A stretch of 64,000 bases of DNA from Chrysomallon squamiferum (lineage: Eukaryota > Animalia > Mollusca): the NCBI GenBank assembly GCA_012295275.1, contig CM022670.1:2604001-2668000 (forward strand), in the 5' to 3' direction. Positions 55,472 to 64,000 of the stretch are shown here, one piece after another; positions within the stretch are counted from its first letter, which is position 1; the number at the start of each line of letters is the position of its first letter. The translations under genes and the position numbers were made by a program. The notes under the pieces were generated by a model that had not been told where the DNA came from, ran no database searches, and saw nothing but the letters and a program-made list of their open reading frames with translations.

Positions 55472-56375
55472 GTAAAAGCTGCAGCCTTCCTAACTTTGTG
55501 TGTGTGTGTATAGGTGAGTGATTCGATTTGAATTTACATCGTTTCTGTGCGTTCCTCAGTCCTTCATTCTTACTTGCCCTACAATCCCCTTTCCAGTTTG
55601 CTTTTTGCCTACGTTTGATGTTACCAATTAACACTTTTACAGTTTACAGACTGGGTTAAAAAAAAAACACACGTGACAATGCTTTTCTAGTTTCAGAATT
55701 CAAATATCTCACGAATTCTGGAAAGAAGTTTATTTTTGCATTCATAACTGTTAATACTGGACTGGATAACAAGTGATGACATCATAAAAGTACAACGTTT
55801 CATCTTTCAAAGCAGAAACTCTGTGAAACTCTGTGACTTCAGACCTGGTTATTACATTAGTTATGACAGTATAAAATAATTTAGGATATTGTTTGTTTTG
55901 TTGTAAATTCAAGAAGGAATAAATGCTGCAACTCAAATAAAATATATTTCGCTGTGCTATGTTGTGTTCTCTGTCTGTGTTTACTTTTGATTTCTAATAA
56001 CTGGATTGGTCTTAAATAATTAACTTGCGAATTACTGATAACGAAAGAAACGAGTGAACTGTGAAGTATAAAGTTATATGTCAATATAAAGTAATTCACA
56101 CTTCGTGTTTTCTTTTAAACTAATCGGATTCATCTATACATTGATCAAATGTATGACTGTACACAAGCAGATACGTACTTTCGTACATGAATGCATACAT
56201 ACATGTATAAACATACATACATACATACATATACACAAATATACTTATATACATACATGTACATACATACATATATACTTATACACAAACATGCATACAA
56301 ATATACAAATACAGATGGACACACCTACCAGTACAATACATAAATATTCTTTTACACACACACATATACGTACAC

Positions 56376-56410
<35 letters not shown>

Positions 56411-57076
56411 AAAAATTAGAAAAGTAAAAGAGGAAATGTTTAATATAATTTTGTCTCTGTTTCTTGTTGTCTGACAGGCAAAACCAGCTTTTCTATTGTT
56501 TGGAAATAATATACTATGATAGTGATGATGATGATGTCAAAAATAATGATGATGTCTAATATATCGCATCTAAAAAAAAAAAAAAAAAAAAAAAATGATA
56601 CCAAGAACCGGCATCTATTTCATCATATATTGTAAACAAATACGAAAATCTTACCTATGAAAACAAAATATTTTTTTCAACTTCATCTCTGTATGAACAC
56701 TTACATCATAATGTTAAAAATATATATATAAAATAAAAAAGAAGACGATGAAAGAAAGAAAAAAAAAAAAAAAAAAAAAAAAAAAAGAAAAGTAAAGAAA
56801 AGAAAAAGGAAGAAAAGAAAAGAAAACAGAAAGATAAAAAAAAAGAATACGTCTTAAAAGAAATGTAATGTCCTCATTTGTAAATATCTTTCGACAGTTG
56901 ATAATACTTTGATGTAAAAGCTAATCCTGAATCGTGTATTCCAGTTTCTGATTGAAACATCGATTCGAAATATCGTTAATGAATCGACATGCAGTGTCGT
57001 TATATAAAAAAGATGAAACAGCTATTGTGTTGGCTGATTTTTGCTTTTCAATAACTATTGATTATGGAAGAATCCT

Positions 57077-57131
57077 TATATAAACCGTTCCTTCCACTTA
57101 GATTTACATGTGTGTCCTATGAGTGTTCAAA
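57077..57131 (+). promoter_or_regulatory. Putative TATA box and short non-coding first exon of gene B
   Basis: TATATAAA at 57077-57084 is followed ~50 bp later by donor caaa|gtaagt at 57131/57132. The gene B ATG sits directly after an acceptor, so an upstream non-coding exon is expected. Confidence 0.55.
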
Positions 57132-57594
57132 GTAAGTTCTGATTTTGGTTTTCAGTCTTCTGTAAACTGTTTAGAATATAGTGCAGTTAAATAGTTTTAT
57201 AGTTCTTGGTTGCTTTAAGGTAGAGGTGTTTGTCTGTCTGTCTGTCTATCTGTCTTTTCGTCTATCTTTATATGTAATTATTTAGCTGTTTAGTTTATCA
57301 TTAAAATGTAGCTTAGAGTGAAATTAATAACTTTCTCGTCATTTATAAATTGCATTGCAGTTATTTATTTATTTATTTCATTTATTTTATTTATTTATTT
57401 ATTTATCTATATTATTTATTTTATTTGTTTGTTTGTTTTGTCAGAAATAGCGAAACAACGAACTTTCTCTCAATCATTATTACTCAGTAAAACATGATTA
57501 CTAATAATAAGTGTTGTGTTTAGTAGTTTCCAGGTATTATTGGCATCTCATTCTTTCATTTTATATTATTATTTTTTTTTTTTTTAAATTTCAG

Positions 57595-57655
57595 ATGTCG
57601 ACAGTTAGTTGTCTTCTAGTATTTTTGTTTTTCATGGTATCGCAGACAAAATCAG
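57595..57655 (+). CDS. Gene B signal-peptide exon
   Basis: tttcag|ATG...TCA G|gtaaaa, encoding a hydrophobic 20-aa leader. Confidence 0.8.
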
Positions 57656-59135
57656 GTAAAAAAATGTGTTTTTGTTAGCCTGTTCTTTAATACATGACAT
57701 TTAGTAAACGGGTAGATAAAATAAAATAAAACCATACAAAGAAAATAAAAAAAAACACTCACACACACATACATAGACAGATGGATAAACTGACTTATAG
57801 ACAAATATGATATAGATATAGATATAGATATAGACTGAAATAAATTAACTTTATTTTCAGAACTTAATAACAGTGGCAAAAAATTCATAATAGCTTTCTC
57901 TGAACATTTTCCAAATGAAGATAAACTGGATGTTATAATAACAAACGCAAGTAGGGACACATCACAGCCAGAAATTTCAGCTCCAGCATCAGTCATTAAC
58001 AACTGCAGCTGGTCAAACGATGATTACCATGACGCCTGGCATTTTTCTTTGAATCCTCTGCTTCACCTTGAAAAGACGACGGTGCAAGGCAAAACGATCT
58101 TGATAACAAGCGCTAACGACGTGACGGTGCAGTGTTTCAGTTCGTGGAAAGGCTCCACAGAGGATTCAATAGAAGGTTTCATGGCGTACCCGGTAGAGGC
58201 TCTCGGGAATAAATATCTGGTGGTAACTCACTGCAATATGTTCTATCAGTGCCAGTTTGCCGTTGCTGCTGCGGAGTACGGAGCAAACGTAAGCATCAGC
58301 TTGAGACTGGATGGCGAGAACGTCGTTGTCTACCGCAGTTCTGAATATAAGGACGGGGACGTCTTGAATGTTACTTTGAAAGAATACGAGACTCTGCAGA
58401 TTCAAAGTCTTGGAGATCTTACAGGATCTGTAATCACTTCGTCTTGTGACGTTGCTGTTATTATTGGATCTTCTATCGACAATAACCAATATGCAATAGA
58501 CCATTTAGAAGACCAGCTGCCGCCTGAAAGGAGTCTGGGATCTTTTTATGTTGTTGCTCCCTTCAGTGGTAAAGATACCATTAAAATCGTGGTGAACGAA
58601 GACACGATTGTCTGGGTAAACAACGACATGTACACCATTACCAAAAAAGACCGATACAAACTGTTTGAGGTGATTCTTGATAAAGTGACCACCGTTTCGT
58701 CCGAAAGTCCAATACTAGTGGCACAGTTTGTAAACACTAAAGAACACTACAAAGGCCCTGAGAATAATAAGTCTGTTTCTATAATAACTCCAACTGACAG
58801 ATGGGGTTCTGATTACATCTTCAGCATGCCGCCACTCCTTAGTACATCGGATTATTACGTCATGTTGATAACAACAAGTAAGTGCAAACGAAAAATATAT
58901 CTCGATGATGAACGCACGTCAGTTAATTTCCAGAAGGAAAACGACGGATATGTTTATTCGCTAAATCGTATACAAAAATTTGGACATCGTGTTTGGGCGA
59001 AGGATCCAAGCTGCACACTGACTGGTAGCATCTACGGAATAGTCAGTACACAGATCTGGTCAATGTCTCTCGGGTGGGATTTCCGAAATGAATCGGTATG
59101 TAAAATAACAGCAGTTACTTTATGTAAAAAAAACG

Positions 59136-59174
<39 letters not shown>

Positions 59175-59287
59175 AATCTTAATGGTAAAAAAACTCAATA
59201 TATTTAGAACATAATTTTAGTTTCTAGCTTTCTGTTTCATTCTTTTGCTCTCCCTCTGTACGTTTGTATTCATCTATATGTACACAG

Positions 59288-59318
<31 letters not shown>

Positions 59319-60433
59319 TACAAATATACGTACATGTACACATACAAACGTGAATACGTTCATACAAATGTACAGACGTACGTAGATATCAGCTCGTCTC
59401 TGTGACAACAGCAATCAGTTCTTTAATCATAACGCTTATTTATTATTTATAACATCAATATTTTACTTTTCATACATGTTAATTATTTATTTCATAGATT
59501 GAGGAATGCACTAACGTAATTCCACAGGAAGTCATGCCAACTGTTGTTGAAACTGTTAACGGTGGTCTCTTTTCTGAGGAGGCAGAATCATCAGTGCAGA
59601 GGTCTGAGACGATGTGGCTGTATACAAACAAATCACCCATGCTTACATACACGGATCTGTCAAGTGATAATATACCGACGTCATCAAATGGTTATATAGC
59701 ATATTCTGATATCGAGACAACATATTCAGATATCGAGATGACACATTCAGCTATCGATACGATATATTCGATTATCGATACGACGTATGTCGATACCGAT
59801 ACTGTTAAGAGTTATTCCGTGAAACCCTTGCAAGATTCTAAGCGAGATAATCCATTAGAAACACAAGCACTGGAAACATCTGTTCTGGCTTTGAGTTCGT
59901 ACGTTGATGGTAAAATAACGACACCAAATTTGCAGATGACTACATTAGATACTATTGAATTCAGCGCCTTACAGACACTGCACGAAGATACTGTATTTAC
60001 CACACCTGGCTTAGAGGCACCCACATCTTACCTAACTCACTCAGCTCAAATATTACCCACAGCGACTTCAGTTCCGCTAACGTCCACAGGATTTCCAGAC
60101 CAAACCACGCCAGAAACGCCCAAAACGAGCATCGTGTGTTCTGTGTGCGTCTGCAAGAAGCCTGAACAGTTTCCAGAAGACGAAGCGCGGATTTTAAAAC
60201 AGCAGCTGGCTGTCGACAAGAAGGCTTTGTCGTCGACCTCGAGGAAATACGCAAGTGCTGAGGATAATCGTCCTTCGGCGGTGGCCATCGGATTCCTCGG
60301 AATCGTCTTTCTGTGCCTGACCGTGTTCATCCTCAGCTTCAGCGACTTTCTTAGACTGATGTCGTCTTTGTATGATTTCTATAAGAGGCAGAGGTATCAG
60401 GGACAAACACAACAGAAAGACAGCGATATATAG
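57595..60433 (+). CDS. Gene B: single-pass membrane protein with signal peptide, IgGFc-binding protein N-terminal-like domain, Ser/Thr-rich stalk and conserved juxtamembrane+TM module (743 aa). Exons: 57595-57655, 57861-59095, 59498-60433
   Basis: Signal peptide exon MSTVSCLLVFLFFMVSQTKS (phase 1) is followed by a 1235-bp exon and a phase 0 intron to the last exon. All boundaries are GT-AG. Confidence 0.88.
57861..59095 (+). CDS. Gene B exon encoding the IgGFc-binding protein N-terminal-like domain
   Basis: Contains LNNSGKKFIIAF, GFMAYPVEALGNKYLVV, TLQIQSLGDLTGSVITS, DHLEDQLPP, PILVAQF and PTDRWGSDYIF, motifs typical of FCGBP N-terminal domains. Acceptor ttttcag| at 57860, donor TCG|gtatgt at 59095. 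Confidence 0.88.
59498..60433 (+). CDS. Gene B last exon: Thr/Ser-rich mucin-like stalk, CxxCxC, conserved juxtamembrane motif, TM and short cytoplasmic tail
   Basis: Acceptor ttcatag| in frame with ORF 59534-60433. TM is AVAIGFLGIVFLCLTVFILSF. Confidence 0.87.
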   Translation: MEECTNVIPQEVMPTVVETVNGGLFSEEAESSVQRSETMWLYTNKSPMLTYTDLSSDNIPTSSNGYIAYSDIETTYSDIEMTHSAIDTIYSIIDTTYVDTDTVKSYSVKPLQDSKRDNPLETQALETSVLALSSYVDGKITTPNLQMTTLDTIEFSALQTLHEDTVFTTPGLEAPTSYLTHSAQILPTATSVPLTSTGFPDQTTPETPKTSIVCSVCVCKKPEQFPEDEARILKQQLAVDKKALSSTSRKYASAEDNRPSAVAIGFLGIVFLCLTVFILSFSDFLRLMSSLYDFYKRQRYQGQTQQKDSDI

Positions 60434-60511
60434 TTATTCAGTGACATGGTAGACTGAGAGAGAGAAAGATATAATAATAATATTAACAACAACAACAATA
60501 ACAACAACATT

Positions 60512-60542
<31 letters not shown>

Positions 60543-60573
60543 TTACTACGACCACTGTTACTATCACTATCAC

Positions 60574-60624
<51 letters not shown>

Positions 60625-61389
60625 ATTAACTATTAACTTTTTTATTTGACTGTATTTTATGTAAAATGCCCTTTATTTTTATTATCACGTTTATATTTTT
60701 TCTAATTATTGTCGCCACTTTTGATTTGACACTTACTTAACATGTTAACTTTTTTATGTAGTTATATTGACAGAAATGTGCTTTTGATTTGCTGAAAATA
60801 TAATCCTTTGTTTGTTTGGCTATAGATTTTCAATAAATTATGTTTAATAACATGGAATTTTTATTCTTTATTTTAACCTTTGTTTTTTTTTATCAACTTT
60901 TTGTGTGTGTGGTTTTGTTGATGTTTTTTTTAATCAACATTTTTTTGTTCATAAATCAAAATAATGCTATGATCCACAACGACTAATTCTATCTTTACTA
61001 CTATTATTACTACAATTCCTGAATTTTTTTTATATCAAATAATATGATATTGATCACACGTAATGCTGGATATTATCATGCACTAAAGCTACAGTTTGCA
61101 ATTCTGAACAGTGTCATGCCTTGAAGCTGCATTTGTAGCTTTGAAAAGAAAGGATTATTGTTAAACCATTACACAGTAATATACAATACACATTAGCAGG
61201 GTAATATGAAAGTGCAATATAAACCAGGCATTAACGTTTCAGAGACTCTAATCTAAGGAAAATATTTCTGATGTTATAAGAGAAGGGAAAACAGTCAGAG
61301 TTATTGATTTTGTCAGCCCCGCATAAAAATTACTTCTGAATACACTATATCTCTCACACACGCATACATCCACGCACACACACACACAC

Positions 61390-61486
<97 letters not shown>

Positions 61487-62665
61487 AATTGAGCTACAAC
61501 AACAACAGCAAAAACAAGAATAATAATAACAATGACAAATTAGAGAAGAAAGGAAAATACGATCAGACCAAATAATAAAACCGAGACATTTATTTCAGTT
61601 TTTCATTTCGATTATTTCTCGGTCCTGCTACTGCCCTAAGATCAGTTTATATATAAAAATGGAAAGAAGAAGATAGATAACGCAGTGATCTCAAACATAA
61701 ATAATTCTTTCATCACTCACTGCTGTTATTCTTATTCACTATTTTCATATGAAATCTATTTAATAGCAACAAAACCAATTATTTCAACCTTTCCATAGTC
61801 TGGATAGTATATGAACTGAATTAACAAACAGGTAGTAAAGGGAATTGATCCTGTATGAAACACACACAGTAGAAGCTGGAGCACAATAGGATTAGTTATT
61901 TAATTTTATATGTAAACCACTGGGCATCTAAGATATCTCTTGTTTTCCCCTTGGATCAGTGATTTTCCTTGGATCAATGATTTTCATTGGTTTTTAGCGG
62001 CATGTTACTGAGCCGCGAAAAGTCTGCGGGAAATTGATGAATATTTCGTTTGACTTATTTTAAGCACTGAACTTACAAACAATTTTTGTTTTCTACAATT
62101 AAGATAACATTTCTCATGGAAAAAACTAATAATGATGTGCCTTTGTAACTTAAGTGCGGTGTTCCCTAATTTGAAAACTGTTGAAAGTTGCTATACGAAA
62201 CAGTTAGATTATTAGAAAGATAAATATTATTTTGTATTTTATGTTAAATAACTTCACTTTAAATTGTGCTCACGATCGTACATATACACATTTTCATTGA
62301 AACATAAATATAACAAGACGAAACACGCGGAAAAAAAATTTAAAGAAAAAAAAAATGAAAGAAGAACGAAACAGAAAAAGAAATAAAACCAAAAAATGAT
62401 CAAAAGAAGAAATACAAAAAAAGACGATAAAACAAATTCAAACTAATAATAATAATAAGAAGAAGAAGAAGAAGAAGAAAAGAGCAACAACAATAATATT
62501 AATAATAACAGAATAAAAAAGATAAAAGATAAGTTATATCATATGTTTATAAGACAACATCAGATCAATAATAATGTTTTTGCAAAAAACTTGATTTATT
62601 TTAGTGTACATGCCTATCAATACAGTTTGTAGATTATTATAAAGCCTATTACTGAGAATCTCTTT

Positions 62666-62760
62666 TATAAAATATTTTATGTTTTATTTTATTTTTAAAA
62701 GACCAAAGCCGTTTCAGACGAGAAAGCTTCGCCATACGAAATCGTTTTGCATGGTAGAAG
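62666..62760 (+). promoter_or_regulatory. Putative TATA box and non-coding first exon of gene C
   Basis: TATAAAA at 62666 and donor gaag|gtacgt at 62760/62761, paralleling the gene B layout. Confidence 0.35.
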
Positions 62761-63163
62761 GTACGTTAGTCAGTAATGTTGTTTTTGTTTGTTTGTTGTT
62801 GCTGTTGTTGTTTTTAGTAATTGTAATTTCTATCACCATTATCATCTCATCGTCGTTATCATCATCTTCGTCATCTTCAGTATTTATTTTTAAATATTGT
62901 TTTTCATCATTATTTCACTACTACTACTGCTACTACAACCACTACTACTACTACCACTACTACTACTACTACTACTATCATTATTATACAATTTTTGTTT
63001 GCATTTGATTGTTATGACAAAACGTTTACTGTTACCATTTTCTTTCTGCTGCATAAGGAAATTAAAGCGTTTTCGTATAAAATATAATGTTTTATTAAAT
63101 AGTTGCTGTTTCTGTGTTTGTTTCTGTATTGATTTAATTTATTTATTTGATTTGATTTTTCAG

Positions 63164-63233
63164 ATGTCGCGGAATATTTGCTTTTTGCTTTTTGGATTAT
63201 TTTTGCTGTTTTCTTCAACACAGATAAAAGAAG
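63164..63233 (+). CDS. Gene C (tandem paralog of gene B) signal-peptide exon
   Basis: ttttcag|ATG, encoding MSRNICFLLFGLFLLFSSTQIKE, then G|gtaatg (phase 1). Same architecture as the gene B signal-peptide exon. Confidence 0.8.
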
Positions 63234-63686
63234 GTAATGTCATTTTTTAAATGTTTTACAAATTTTACTTTTTAATCCATTGGTATAAGAAAAACCCCCA
63301 GTTATTTCGGCTTGTCTTTGATGCTTAAACAGAATAAGCTTCAAGGTTGCTTTGACCACATTACGAGTGATCCTTGAGTAGAAATAATGAGGGACCAATA
63401 AAGAGAAAAGCCAGCAATAAAGAAAAAATAAAAGAATGAAATAAAAAAAGGAAGACAAAAAAAGGAAAAAGAAATGGGTGAAATGAAGGATGTAAAAAAG
63501 AAAATACAAAGAAGGATGTGAAAAGAATGAAATAAAAAAAATCACTTCTGACTCCAAAACTAGCAACATGTTTGTTATAACTGCTGAAAAGTATACCACT
63601 TTTGTAACATTTCGTCATATATTTCTGAAGCAGGCTGAAAAAATGGCTACATCAGTTTTAATTTCTTATTTTTTATTTTCTTACAG

Positions 63687-64000
63687 CGAGCGCAGATCTG
63701 AACAACGTTGGCAAAGAGTTCGTCGTCGCTTTTCCTCAACACGTTGGCATGTCTAAAAACAGCAGACTCGTAATCACAGTCACTGCAGTGCAGGAATCCA
63801 CTTCCAGCATTAAAATCTCAGCTCCTCTGTCAGAAAATACTCAGCCGATGATCAATCTGACCGCAGTTAACAAGACAGCTTCCACGGTGTATCTGAATCC
63901 TGAAATACGTCTGAGGGGATCAGCGATAGAGAGGAAAGGAATCTGGATCACGAGTGACCGTGATGTGGTTGTCCAGTGTTACAGCGTGTTCGAGAACAGT
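63687..64000 (+). CDS. Gene C exon 2, IgGFc-binding protein N-terminal-like domain (truncated by the window end)
   Basis: Acceptor ttacag|, open frame ASADLNNVGKEFVVAFPQHVG...ISAP...LNPEIRLRGSAIERKGIWITSDRDVVVQCYS. This aligns with gene B LNNSGKKFIIAF...ISAP...LNPLLHL...KTILITSANDVTVQCFS. Confidence 0.87.

Noticed and set aside
59096-59182. Poly-Lys C-terminus of ORF 58049-59182
   Set aside because: Read-through into the intron beyond the donor at 59095; the lysines come from a poly-A tract.
58166-60412. Minus-strand ORFs overlapping gene B
   Set aside because: Antisense shadows with no independent motifs.

Overview
This is eukaryotic, very AT-rich, microsatellite-dense animal DNA with spliceosomal GT-AG introns. 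It looks lophotrochozoan and probably molluscan, which is an inference from the gene families and composition. Most ORFs in the track are translations of simple repeats. (1) The first coding exon of dachshund (Ski/Sno/Dac domain) lies on the minus strand at 4332-4807. Upstream of it is a ~33 kb stretch with no recognisable gene, dotted with non-repetitive islands that may be enhancers. (2) Gene A is a six-coding-exon minus-strand gene (48606->38686) encoding signal peptide + C-type lectin domain + PAN/apple-like domain + membrane anchor, with a 1-bp frameshift in exon 4. (3) Gene B is a divergently oriented plus-strand gene (57595->60433, 743 aa) encoding signal peptide + IgGFc-binding-protein N-terminal-like domain + Ser/Thr stalk + membrane anchor. 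(4) Gene C is the start of a tandem paralog of B (63164->window end). There is also an orphan promoter/signal-peptide exon module at ~55035-55471. The main hunt result is that genes A and B have unrelated ectodomains but share one juxtamembrane/TM module (CxC...LxVxKxxLSxTxRKxxSAxDxRP...GFxG...D), suggesting a clustered, domain-shuffled receptor family. The window also holds a Tigger/pogo-like MITE, SINE-like heads and a 69-bp minisatellite built from a splice acceptor region.
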